A stretch of DNA of 52,264 bases, from contig NW_021832539.1 of NCBI RefSeq assembly GCF_006345805.1, forward strand, positions 1 through 52,264. Reading direction: 5' to 3'. Positions within the stretch are counted from its first letter, which is position 1. Every line of letters begins with the position of its first letter. Shown here piece after piece: positions 12,151 to 23,608 of this stretch. Origin of the DNA: Octopus sinensis (Eukaryota). Below the pieces are notes generated by a model that was not told the origin of the DNA, searched no databases, and worked only from the letters and a program-made list of their open reading frames with translations. A program made the position numbers and the translations under genes.

Positions 12151-12551
12151 TTTACTCTTTTACTTGTTTCAGTCATTTGACTGTGGCCATGCTGGAGCAC
12201 CACCTTTAGTCGAGCAAATCGAACCCAGGACTTATTCCTTGTAAGCCCAGCACTTATTCTATCGGTCCCTTTTGCCGAACCGCTAAGTGACGTAAACACA
12301 CCAGCATCGGTTGTCAAGCAATGCTAGGGGGACAAACACAGACACACAAACACACATACACATACATATATATATATACATATATACGACAGGCTTCTTT
12401 CAGTTTCCGTCTACCAAATCCACTCACAAGGCATTGGTTGGCCCGGGGCTATAGCAGAAGACACTTGCCCAAGGTGCCACGCAGTGGGACTGAACCCGAA
12501 ACCATGTTGTTGGTTAGCAAGCTACTTACCACACAGCCACTCCTGTGCCTG
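12151..12551 (-). mobile_element. tRNA-derived SINE (octopus-type)
   Basis: A-box TGGCTGTGTGGT, B-box GGTTCAGTCC, CCTTGGGCAAG core, simple-repeat tail; tail fragment also at about 42035-42112. Confidence 0.85.
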
Positions 12552-13115
12552 TGTAATCCAAGTTTTTTCTGGTTTGTCTAATCCAAGCAAAGGTTCCTTA
12601 TTTGGACAATTGAAGTTGTAATGCTGCCTTCCTGTAGTGGTTAGCAGACATGTGTTTAATTCCTGTAGGTGATGTTACAATGGTTTTCCTCTTCTATATT
12701 ATATATACACAAATATCTCTCTAGAATGCATGTTAATTGAAGATTTTCTTGCTACACCTTACTAAGGTACACCTATATATGCTCTATTAATTTATGGTTT
12801 CATAAGGAATGTAATGAAACTAAATCAAGAGATGTTAATATTTCACAGCTTTGATTAGCTGTCCAGAGAAATTAAGAAATGGCTCTATGGCTCTCTGAAT
12901 ATGAAAAGTAGTAGTTAGGTTGTACCAATATTAAAAGTTTTCTACTTCTGGTCATATGAAAACTAGCAGCTTACTCATCAAATATGAAAAAATTTTAGCC
13001 TGGTCTACCAGTATGATATATAGTAGCTGGTTCTTCTAATATTAAACAGTATCCAGCCATAGTAAAATGAAATCTTATACACTGTCATTAATAATCTCTT
13101 CTACTATATTCAAAA

Positions 13116-13289
13116 GGTCGAGATTTCGTGGGGAGGGGGCTAGTTGATCAAATCGACTCCAGTACCCAACTGGTACTTAATTTATTGACTCTGAAAGGAT
13201 GAAAGGCAAAGTTGACCTCAGCAGAATTTGAACTCAGAAGGTAGCGGCAGACGGAATACTGCTAAGCACTTTGCCCTGCTTGCTAATGA
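13116..13289 (-). mobile_element. tRNA-derived SINE with GCCTTTCATCC...AAGTACCAG central domain (Meta-domain-like)
   Basis: GAGTTCAAATTC B-box; related copies at 16327-16511, 18420-18560, 18590-18660 and 45715-45792. Confidence 0.8.
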
Positions 13290-13605
13290 ACACTGACATT
13301 AATAATATTAGAGAAAATAGAAGCCTATTGTGCTGGATCTACAATGAGAGATGGCGTAGACAGTCATACCGATTGGAAGAATAGTAAATGGCTACACAAG
13401 TATGAAGGACAATAGCTTGGTCTACCAGCATGAAAAATAATAACAGGTTGTACCAATGTGAGAAAATATATCAAAATATTCATAAACAGGATATACAGCA
13501 TCCATTTTATACAACCCATTGATGAAATTCTCAACAACCCATTAATCACAATTTATGAAAACAGTACAAAAAGAAAATAACCTTTAAAAATTAAAGAAGA
13601 CTTAC

Positions 13606-13648
13606 CATTTGTCTTGCCATGAAAGAATTGTCATCATGATCTAAGTCA
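13606..13648 (-). CDS. Micro-exon B, diverged paralog (S-DLDHDDNSFMARQM)
   Basis: ttatccag acceptor, gtaagt donor, 43 nt, phase 2 to 0; flanks (about 13440-13980) align to 1830-2420. Confidence 0.65.
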
Positions 13649-14235
13649 CTGGATAATCTGTAAATGTGAAAATTGCAGATTAGTAAAGCAAATTTATCAT
13701 GATGAGCCTAAAGTTTAATATTTCAGTCTGTCTTTTAACTGAAAGTAAGGAATAGAAGAAAAATTGTGTTTTTGCATAAAATGGACTCAAGAAAATGGGA
13801 AAGGAAGTAAAATTAAAGGAATTGTGTGGCAGGTGAAAAGTTATACCCAGAGAGAATGATTGGGTCAGAGAAGAGTGACAGGTGTAATAATGGCAGAAAG
13901 ATGGAGAAACTATTTGTAACAGAGACAAGTAACAAATGAGAGGAATCATACCTTAAAAAATAGATCTATTCACAGATAAATATATATTTACAACACTTCC
14001 AATATAACATCAGTCACAATATAGCAACAGTCCCAAAACAACATTAGTTATTAAATAGATATATCAAACCATATCCATATATATTTAGTGTTTCTGTGAA
14101 ATTATGTCCGATGAGAGATCAGACTTTTAGGATAAGAATCAGACTGACCAGCTTCATTGTTACCTTGCAATTCACCAAGATCCACAGAATCTATATGGCT
14201 ATTATTACTTATATTTATTTTTTCATAACACATAG

Positions 14236-14278
14236 TCATCAATGCTTCAAATATCAGCTGATATTTTTCATCAGATGA
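14236..14278 (-). ncRNA. Degenerate, probably dead hammerhead ribozyme
   Basis: UCAU-CUGAUGA-A-AAAUAUC/GAUAUUU-GAAG-CAUUG-AUGA; GAAA is changed to GAAG and there is no valid NUH triplet. Confidence 0.4.
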
Positions 14279-14419
14279 GAGAAATTAAGGAAAATACAAT
14301 GAAATTTTTCAGGCCATAATGGTAACAGACATAGAAAGTGGGAAGATAATGTAAATGGTTGATGGTATAGTTGGGTAGACGGTATAAAGAAAGTGGAGAA
14401 TTATTATTGTTGTTGTTGC

Positions 14420-15810
14420 TGCTGTTCGTCCAAGTCAGCTCATCTGCCTTGTTGCAGAGCCAGGAATCGTTTGTCTCTCTGAGGTTTATGTGCACATTGC
14501 TTTTTGTAGTGTTTTAAGCTGCTTTCTTTGAGGCCAATGTGTTGTCTTGCTTAGTGACTCTGTACGCTTCATGCTTCTCATTAAGTAGCTTCCGAATTAC
14601 CTCATCTTTGTTGTCGAGCAGTTTTAGTATTTATGCAAGTTCTGACCTAGATGAGTGATCCAGGACTGTATAACGTCTCCGAATGCCACCCAGTCTACTC
14701 CTGTCCATTCATTTCCACTATTGAATTGGCTCAACTTACTGTCCACGTGGTCCCAGCTGACATTCAGTTTCGCATTGTGTCATTTCAATTTGCTGACACT
14801 TAGTCACTTGTTTGCCTGCTTCACTTGGATGTACTGGATGTAGGCTGGATGTGCATGTCCTGATTGCAATGATGAATCTGTGATCTGACCAGCATTCCGT
14901 ACCACATATGGCCTTTGTAACCACCTGCCTCACCTCCTGACTATGTCATATCCAATTAGATGCCAAGGTTTGCTGCAGATGAGAGCTGCTGCGGATATTG
15001 CCAACTCCACTTCTCCCAATATCTCGATCCATGTAGCAACTCTGGCACTGAAGTTGCTGAAAAAGACGTGCTTGACCTTCTTAGACACAATTACTATGTA
15101 AGCTTCCAAGTCTTCCTAAATCTTATCATTAAAATCCTCAGAGCCAGTCATGGTGGGGTTGTAAGTACTGTGATGGTGCTTTCTTCTGATGTGAAGCTGC
15201 AGAGGCATCAGTCTTTTGGGGATGTTGGTTATCTTGCTGATAAGACTAGATCTGGGGGTAAAATCCATTCCTCCTTCACATTGTTCATCACAACTGAGGC
15301 CAAACTAGAAGAGGGTTAACCAATTTGCTCTCAGTCAGCTGACCTTTGTTTGCAGGTCTGGCCTCACATGGAGCTGCAATGTGTATGTTGTACCTGCCGA
15401 ATTTCCTAACAACAAGAGCTACCAACTCTCAGGTCTGCTGTTTTGGTGCTGTCCATAAGTGCTCAAACATTCCATGAGCGAATAGTGAGGGATGTCAATG
15501 ATGTTTGCATCTTGGTGTTTCGACTGCATTGCTTGAATCGCTGCCTTCAGTGGTATACAGACCAGAATAAGATGAAGTAAGCAATGTTTATGGTACCTTT
15601 GCCAGCTGTTCCTTTATGCCATGGAGGTGACCTGCACTCTCTTGGAGCTGCTCAGACATTTACACATCTGCCAAATTTCACTGCTGCTTCGGTCAGTGGA
15701 GCATGAAGCCTGCCCTGGGCCACCTGTCTTCAAGTTTGTAACTACAGCACCCACTGATGAATCTTACACTTACCCACTCACACATAACTATTGTATTCTG
15801 ACACACACCT
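14420..15810 (-). mobile_element. RTE-type LINE fragment (endonuclease region)
   Basis: VTKAICGTECWSDHRFI and adjacent APE C-terminal motifs; many stops. Confidence 0.8.
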
Positions 15811-16326
15811 GTTTCTTCTTACCCTTTTCTAATCTCATTTTCACTTGAGTTCCACATAGACATCAACAGACTCTCTGCTATTAGAAATCACATACTAACT
15901 ACCACTTCTTGTATCCATTACCATGTTGACCATCTGAAATATGACAAAGACAATCCCCTTCTCCTTCCCTTAATTTTCCCTTTTTTCTCTCTGAAAAGAC
16001 TATATCTTTTGCCTCAATCTTTGTTGTCTTTTCCTTTTCCACATGGCTTAATTCATTGCTTTGTTTTATATTTATATTTTTTTAAAATTATTTTTGCTGA
16101 GGAGCATTAAGACCAGGATTTCTCATGAAATCAGTCTCATTCTTTAATTGCTGCTTGCTCTCAGCTTCTTGAGAAGAAGAAACAGGAATCTGTAGAATTG
16201 TTAAGTAACAATAAAACTGGTCATTTTGATCTTCATCCCAAACTGGCAAAAATCATGGTTTTGTGTAATTTTTTGAGATTTTTTCATATTTAATATTCTT
16301 TTCTACTCTAGACACAAAGTCCTAAA

Positions 16327-16511
16327 TTTGGAGGGAGGGGGCCAATCGATGAGATAAAACCCAGTATGTAACTGGTACTTAATTTATCGACCCTGAAAGA
16401 ATGAAAGGCAAAGCCGACCTCGGCAAAATTTGAACTCAGAATGTAAAGACAGACGAAATACCACTAAGCATTTTGCCCGGCGTGCTAACGTTTCTGCCAA
16501 CTTGTCGCCTT
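16327..16511 (-). mobile_element. tRNA-derived SINE (Meta-domain-like)
   Basis: Matches 13116-13289. Confidence 0.8.
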
Positions 16512-17405
16512 CCTCATATTTAATATTACATAATTATATACGTATGTTGTGGTGGTTATCATTCATCCTCCATGATGTGGTCATTTCAGTTTCAACACAC
16601 AAACTTTGGTCAAGTCTCTTGTTACAACAGTTGAATCCACAAATTAGTGAATACATTCTCCCCACCCACATCTTTATATTTTGTCAGTCTGTCTGTCTGT
16701 CAATCTATCTATCTATCTATCTATCTATAAATTTATTTTATCCTCTCTTTCTCTATCTCTCTCTTCCTCCCTCTCTTTCCATCCCTCTGACACCCTCTTT
16801 CTCTTGCTCCCTTTCTCACTCTCACTGTTTATGAATATAATTAGGATCATCATTTACAGATTCTATGGATTTCCCACTGAGTTCACAAACCAGTTTCAAC
16901 TGCTCCTTACTTTGCACAAATCTGTTCATTTTATAATAGTAAAAGAAATCAATATCACAAAATCTCAATTTTTTTCCCCAATAAAACTGTCTGCTTATTA
17001 AAATTATTAATCCTTAAGAGAAATAAATGTAGAAAAATAACGGACTGCTATATTTAAATCCTGTCAACATTTGGTTTTTTGAGCCTTCAGTTGATGTCTG
17101 CCTTTCTGTTATTCTTAAATAATACTTGTGATCTAATCGGGTAAGATTTGGAAGAGCAGCCATTTAGTATATTTCAAACATTTAATGAGAAAAGACTTAT
17201 ATAGAAATCAATAATAAACTGATATTGGTAGTTGTCTCACTTGTTGGTTTGGGGTTATCAACGTCCACGAAAAATATTTTTGTTTACTAATTGCTGGGAT
17301 AATCTCAACTGATTAAAGATTTTATCTTTCTATATACCATAACTGAAACCCTGCTATATATATACTTATATATTATCATATTTAGGGACATATTTCTTGC
17401 ATTAC

Positions 17406-17437
17406 CTCTGTGTTGCAAAGACTTCCAAATGGAGATC
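17406..17437 (-). CDS. Micro-exon A, diverged paralog (DLHLEVFATQ-S)
   Basis: ttcttttatttccag acceptor, gtaatg donor, 32 nt; flanks (about 17280-17840) align to 3290-3900. Confidence 0.65.
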
Positions 17438-17869
17438 CTGGAAATAAAAGAAATGGTATTAAATGTGAGAAAGAATGATTGAGATCCATCTTCTGACAAC
17501 ACATTATACGAAGAAGAGATTACTGAATATAAATAGCAACAGTTATGTGGTGGAGATAATCTAATCCATAATATCTCAGATACACATGGTTCCATTTTTT
17601 TTCTTTGTAGTTTTAGCATGGTAAATTGATTTTGACATGGGATTTGGATGGATAAATTCTTCTGGTTAGAAACAGTATCACATGATGATGAGAGAATTTC
17701 TATTCAACCAATTGAAACATTTGTTTAAAATTTGTAAGCCGTATCAAACTAAGAATTGTATACAATACCATACATATACCTTTAAAAATGACTAAAAGGA
17801 AAGGAAGAAAGAGTGCAAGGAGAGAACTATTAAAAGGTTGCTAAACTCTAAATGCTTTCTGTTTCATTC

Positions 17870-18030
17870 TCTCTCTGTTGATTTCTTCTTATTCCTTTTT
17901 GTCGAGGAGCGTAGGCTCGAAACATAAAAGACTTTTCCAATTTTCCTGAGCGTCAAACTAATGCACTTGCTTGTTCCTACACCTGTCTTCATCTTTTGTT
18001 TTTCTATGAATTTGAACTATATATATATAT
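17870..18030 (+). repeat. PLE-derived short repeat with hammerhead-like relic
   Basis: UUGUCGA-G-GAGC guag GCUC-GAAA-CAUA-AAAG, ending in (TA)n. Confidence 0.4.
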
Positions 18031-18075
18031 ATTGGTTTGTGTGTGTGTGTGTGTGTGTGTGTGTATACAGACACG

Positions 18076-18116
<41 letters not shown>

Positions 18117-18189
18117 ACACACCACACACACACACACAGATATTTACTAATGGTTCACAACATAAATAATAATATATATATTATCTTAC

Positions 18190-18284
18190 TTGATAGAGAA
18201 TCCCGTCTGAAAGTAGGTTATTCAGGTGTCTATAAATTTTTGTCCACTTCAACAAAAACGGCAAATATTTCAATTTATTCTTTG
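18190..18284 (-). CDS. Putative exon (A-KNKLKYLPFLLKWTKIYRHLNNLLSDGILYQ)
   Basis: gttacag acceptor, gtaaga donor, 95 nt, phase 1 to 0; fits exon A. Confidence 0.45.
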
Positions 18285-18419
18285 CTGTAACATAGATTTC
18301 CCAAAAAATAATTCATTTTATATTAAAATGTCCTTTAACTAAATCAAAATATTTAATATCATCAATATGGCTAATATGACATCTTATAATATTCCTTCAG
18401 ACCAAGGCGACAATCTATC

Positions 18420-18560
18420 TTTATGTTCTGAGTTCAAATTCCACCTAGGTCGACTTTGCCTTTCGGAGTCGATGAATTTAGGTACCAGTTGTGTACTGGG
18501 GTCGATCTAATCAACTGGCCCCCTCCCCAAAATGTCGGACCTTACACCTATAGCCAATTT
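18420..18560 (+). mobile_element. 5'-truncated SINE (Meta-domain-like)
   Basis: CTGAGTTCAAATTCC...GGTACCAGTTG...CCCCCTCCCC. Confidence 0.75.
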
Positions 18561-18664
18561 TTTTTATTGTTCATATTATTTCACAAAACAGTGAGCTGGC
18601 AGAATTGTTAGTGTGCTAGGTGAAACCCTTAGTATTTCTGCCAGATAGTGTTCTGAGTTTATAT

Positions 18665-19410
18665 AAAGTGTCAAAAGTTGTAAAATGGGTTTTTGCATGA
18701 GCTCTCTGCAGACAATTGCAAATGACATGTTGATTGTTGTGCATCATTTTGATGCACAAATACCTTTTTTGGATAGAGACTTAACTGAGATGAGAAATAG
18801 ATAATTTGCCATAATGTTTAGTGAAAACATCAGTAGCTCATATTTGGTGAAGATCCAACTCAGCAGTCCAGAAGTGGTTGGCATCTAAGGAAGATTCTTC
18901 TGAAATTATGGTAGGATATGCATGGAATAATTCATTCCAAGCTGCTACAGGATAACCAAACAATAACAACCAATCTATACTGCCAAAAGCTAGCATGTTT
19001 GAAAGCAGCCATGCATCAAAAACACCCATCATTAATAAACAAAAATGAAATCATCCTTCATCATAATAATCCTAACACTGCAAAAATGGCCAAAGAAGTT
19101 TGAGAAAAATAGACCTGGGAAATTATGCATCACTCACTTTATTCTTCTGATCTCGCACCAACAGATTATCATCTCTTTAAAAGTTTACAAAATCATTTCA
19201 GTGGATTAAGACTTAATTGAAAAGTAGAAGCTGTAATTTCCTTTTTCCCTTCTAAAACTAAGGATTTTATGAACGTGGCATTAAAAAACAGATGGAAAGT
19301 GGTCACAGATGAGAGTAGTAACTATATTATTGATTAAATAAATACGATAGTTTTTATAAATTCTTTTACTGAAACTTAAAAAACAGACAGAACTTTGTTA
19401 CAACCTGATA
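18665..19410 (+). mobile_element. Degraded mariner transposon (transposase C-terminal half and 3' TIR)
   Basis: WxxHEL, IILHHNN and YSSDLAPTDYHLF motifs; ends ...GTTACAACCTGATA. Confidence 0.85.
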
Positions 19411-19933
19411 TTATCTACTTATGTATAATATTGAATATACATACACAGTTTATAGTCATGATGCTGCTGTTTTTAGCTGAGAGAAAATCTCCATAGATAT
19501 GCTTTATTTAAAACACATATAGGAAAGAGACCAAAATTCCTCCTGGCAGTAACTCAAGAGAATGCCAGATGCATACAGTCTTGTGGTGGCTTGTCAATTA
19601 TGTGTACTTGCTGTGCTGCATACTGAGACAAAATCTGTCCTCTCCAACATATAGGAAACAGTAAAAAACACATTCACTGATATTTCAAATAACTACTGGG
19701 TTAAATATATATTCACTGCATGAAATTAAAATAACTATTTATGCAGCATAATAAATGTATGTACACAATTCACAGGCAGGAGTTAAGTCTTCTTATGACT
19801 GAGTGTAATAATAAATGTGTGAAATTAATGGTTATCAAAGAAAAAGTCAAAGTAATTAGCAATCAATAAGAATATCTAAATTATAGTTTATTATTATTTG
19901 GAGAGGAGAAGAGAAAAAAGAGCAAGGTGTAAA

Positions 19934-20270
19934 TCACTTATGGATAGTGCCACCCAGATTGGGATGGAAGATGATGTTGTGTTCAGATTCCCAAACATTA
20001 ATAATGGTCACTTTGTGGGACATATAAAAGTAAAATAATGAATAACAGTAATTAAAAGACTGCAGGTTAATCTTCAATATTAAATAAGGAAGGGTAACTG
20101 ATGCTAGTTTAACTCCAAATATTTCATTTGGGTTATTATTAATGCTGCTGAGTTTTTTTCTTATTTCAGGTAAAAAGTAATTATCATGTTCTTGAAGAAC
20201 ATAATATTCATAATATTCATTGCCAAATATCAAAAATATTTCATAACAATCTATATAAGTGTCATACTGA
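19934..20270 (-). CDS. Exon-like open frame of the unknown gene family (QYDTYIDCYEIF...GGTIHK*)
   Basis: ttgttcag acceptor; about 110 open codons in very AT-rich DNA; no recognisable domain. Confidence 0.4.
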
Positions 20271-20439
20271 CTGAACAATGACAATAAAACTTGTTTATAA
20301 TATAGATAATGTAAGATAGGATTACTGTTTTAATGTTCGGAATATAAATAAAGGCAATTGATAAAAGTCATCACTATACTAAAGGGAAAATAAAATTTAT
20401 TTAATAGATTGCCTCTAATAAACACTTGTTGACATGGTT

Positions 20440-20855
20440 AATCCCAGTACTGCCTGACTGGCTTCCATGCCAGTGGCATGTAAAAAGCACCATTAGAGTG
20501 TGATTGATGCCAGTGTTGTAGGACTGGCTCCAGTGTTGGAGATACGTAAAAAGCATCATACAAGTGTGGTTGATGCCAGTGCTATCTGACTGGCTACCAT
20601 GCCAGTGGCACGTGAAAAGCACCATTCGAAAATGGTTGATGCCAATGCTGCTTGACTGGCCCCTGTGCCGGTGACATGTAAAAAACACCCACTACACTCT
20701 CAGAGCTGTTGGTGTTAAGGGCATCAAGCTGTAGAAACCTTACCAGATCAGATTGGAGCCTGGTGCAGCCTCCTGGCCCACCAGTCCTCTGTCAAACTGT
20801 TCAACCCATGCCAGCATGGAAAGCAGATGTTAAACAATGATGATGAGGATGATGC
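20440..20855 (+). repeat. Interspersed repeat with about four tandem ~63-bp units and a GAT tail; inverse relative at about 42515-42830
   Basis: TGACTGG..CCATGCCAGTGGCA.GTAAAAAGCACC repeated. Confidence 0.75.
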
Positions 20856-21272
20856 AAAATAGTTTTATTGAATAATATTACACATTATGAGAACCAATTT
20901 GAGGTAGAAAAGTGCAATATTTTTATGAAATCAGTAAGTTTGATGTTAAAGAGCAGTAATGTTTATCTTTCTATAAGCTTCTGTTGTCCGTGCTCTAGAC
21001 CCCTTCTTATCTTTAGTTTATATATCATGTTCTAGACGAGAACAATTTTCAAGTAATTATTTCTATGGATAAGATCAAATTTGGTACCTCAAATCTGGGA
21101 AATATTCATCGGTTCAGCAATTATACAAGCATACTGTTTTTAATATCTATTTACAGTAATGTAGAGAAGGGGAATTTTTAAGTTAAATGTCTTTACCACA
21201 GACAAAGTACAATGCTAATGACAACATGTAAAACACTGACATTCCAGAAACTTTTTAGATATTTTTTATTAC

Positions 21273-21463
21273 CTTTGAACACAGCCTTCTTGATTACCAC
21301 ATCAAAGTCTTCACCTGAGTGTATATTGTAAACAGATAACAAGTGTAGTTGTTCCAGGGACTTAATCACACATTTAAACAGCTCATTTATCTCATCTTTA
21401 TTCAAATTCTTTTTAAATTTACGGATAATTTCCTTTCTGATCTCATCTCTCAGTAGCGTTATT
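21273..21463 (-). CDS. Putative exon (R-ITLLRDEIRKEIIRKF...KKAVFK)
   Basis: ctttctag acceptor; donor gtaata at 21272 (alternative gtaaag at 21196); open frame. Confidence 0.55.
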
Positions 21464-21568
21464 CTAGAAAGACAAATTATTTCAACTTTTTATAGTGATG
21501 AAAGAAAGTTGCATATAAAGAATAATATAAGATCTACACTGATGTCACAAACAAGATAGACTTCTTAC

Positions 21569-21715
21569 CTTGGTGCCCTAATGATAAATAATGTCATCCA
21601 GGCTACACTAATAGTAAAATAGATAACAAATGATGTTTGCTGAGGGACCTCACCCTTGATGGAACAGAGCTTAATTAAAGGAGGAAGGGTACCATCCATA
21701 ATCTTTACAGGACAT
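21569..21715 (-). CDS. Putative exon (CPVKIMDGTLPPLIKL...FIIRAP-R)
   Basis: Pyrimidine-rich acceptor ctcag, donor gtaaga, 147 nt, phase 2 to 2; in frame with the next exon across a 105-nt intron. Confidence 0.6.
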
Positions 21716-21829
21716 CTGAGATTGGTGAAGAAAAGACATGAATAAACTACAATTCAGAGATTATTGCTAATGAATTCTTGGATCTTGTAAATAGATAACC
21801 TAGAAGTCATAGTGTGGGTAGGCCTGACA

Positions 21830-22834
21830 AGAAATGGGGAGTTCAGCAGATGTGAGAGTGAGAATGGCTGGAGTAAGATAGAGACAAATGGATGTGGTTC
21901 TAATGAAGGAGTCTAGTAGAGGGGAGGAGAGCCTGGCTTAATCAAGATAATGAGAAAAGGAAGTGGTTCTATGTATGGAGTTTAGCAGAGCAGAGAGAGA
22001 AAGTATATAGAGAGGAAAAATATAGAGGAAGAATATAGAGAGGAGAAACAAGTGGTTCTAAGACAAGAGTCTGACAAAGAAGAGAGGAATATAGAAAGAA
22101 ATATAAGTGGTTATGAATTTGAAGTCTAGCAGAGGGAAGCGAGAGTATGGCTGGAGAAATATAATGAAGAAAATAAGTTGTTTTAAAGATAGAGTCTAGC
22201 AGAAGGGAGACAGAGTATGCCTGGAGAGAGTTAATGAGGAAAGAAAATAGTTCTACGGATGGAGTTTAGCTAAGGAGTGAGAGAGTGTGGGTAGAAGAAA
22301 ATAATGAGGAAAGGAAGTGGTTCTAAGCATAGAATCTAGTAGAGGGAAAATTGAGCATAGCTGGAGAAAGATAATGAGAAAAAGAAGTTATGAGAATGGA
22401 GTCTAGCAGAGAGGTGAGGGAGGATGACTGGAGGAAGACAGAGTGAAATGGAATTAGTGCTGAGAATGGAATCCAGGAGAGGTGAGAGGCAGCATGTCTG
22501 GAGGATATTAACGAGAAAAGGAAGTTGTTCTGAGGATGGGATTTAGCAGAGGAGCAAGAGAATGTTGCTGGATGAAGATAGAGACCAATGGGAATGGTTC
22601 TGAGGATGGAGTCTAGAAGTGGGACGATATAGCATGGATGGAGGAAGATAATGAAGAAAGAATGTGGTTCTAAGATGGAGTCTAGCAGCAGAAACAGGGA
22701 GTGTCACTGGAGGAAAATGGAGAAAAAATAAAAGTGGTTCTAAGGAAAGAGTCTAACTGTGGTGAGGTGGACAGAGCATGGATGGAGGAAGGGAATGAAG
22801 AATGGAAGAGGTTCTAAAGACGGAGTTTAACAGA

Positions 22835-22891
<57 letters not shown>

Positions 22892-23203
22892 ATAGCTAGA
22901 AGAACAGAATGTGTAACGAATGTGGTTCTAAGTATGAGTCTAGCAGAGGAAAGAGGATCATGGCTGGAGGAAAATAATTAGGAATGGAAGTACTTCTTGG
23001 AGGTGGAGAAGAGTGAAAGTAATGAAAGTTAAAGAAAGAAGTGGTTATAAATGAGGAAGGAAATGTGAAATTTGTGGAAGTTAGTGGAATAAAATAAGGA
23101 AAGGAAAACGTTCTAAGGATGGATTCTAGCAGAGAGGAGTTAAGGAATGATTGAAGTAAGATAATGAGACATAGAAATGGTTCTATTTGTGTTGAGTAGG
23201 GAG

Positions 23204-23239
<36 letters not shown>

Positions 23240-23340
23240 ATGGCTGGAGGAAGATAATGAGGAAAGGAAGTGTTTCTGGGAAGTACTGGAATGGAGAAAT
23301 GACGAAAGTTGAGGTACATAATAATTGCCTATTACAGTAG
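21830..23340 (+). repeat. Purine-rich minisatellite, ~70-bp unit, about 20 diverged copies
   Basis: TGGTTCT anchor recurs at about 22524, 22594, 22664 and 22735; unit approximates GAAAAGGAAGTGGTTCTAAGGATGGAGTCTAGCAGAGG... Confidence 0.9.
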
Positions 23341-23608
23341 AGGAATAATATCAGGGATAAACAAGTGATGAGCGTAGGACATGAAATGTGAAGCAAAAGT
23401 TTCCTGAGGCAGTGGGAATTGTGGTGAGGTAGAGCGTTTCACGAACAAGCATGTGCCAGAGGAGTAGGTTATTAGTTCTGCTGTGGTGGGCAGGCTTTCT
23501 CAAGCACAGCAAGGTGCTAAATATCTTGGTCCTTTGACATCTCCAAGGATCAGCAACTTGAGACTGGCCCCCAAAGCATCACCCCTTGTCTTTCTGAGTC
23601 TCCTTCTT

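Noticed and set aside
14960-15319. 119-aa + strand ORF, and similar + ORFs at 9913, 39509, 43761, 46155 and 50527
   Set aside because: Antisense to LINE or Helitron coding frames.
20440-20700. CRISPR-like repeat spacing (also the 70-bp satellite)
   Set aside because: Whole units are homologous with no unique spacers, there are no cas genes, and the context is eukaryotic.
20880-21170. Additional exon between 21197 and 20270
   Set aside because: Stops in all frames after the candidate acceptor.
21273-21463. Death-effector-domain resemblance (LEQLHLLSVYN)
   Set aside because: Only a short motif; the RxDL signature is absent.
22896-23396. 166-aa hydrophobic ORF
   Set aside because: Pyrimidine strand of the 70-bp satellite; no motif.
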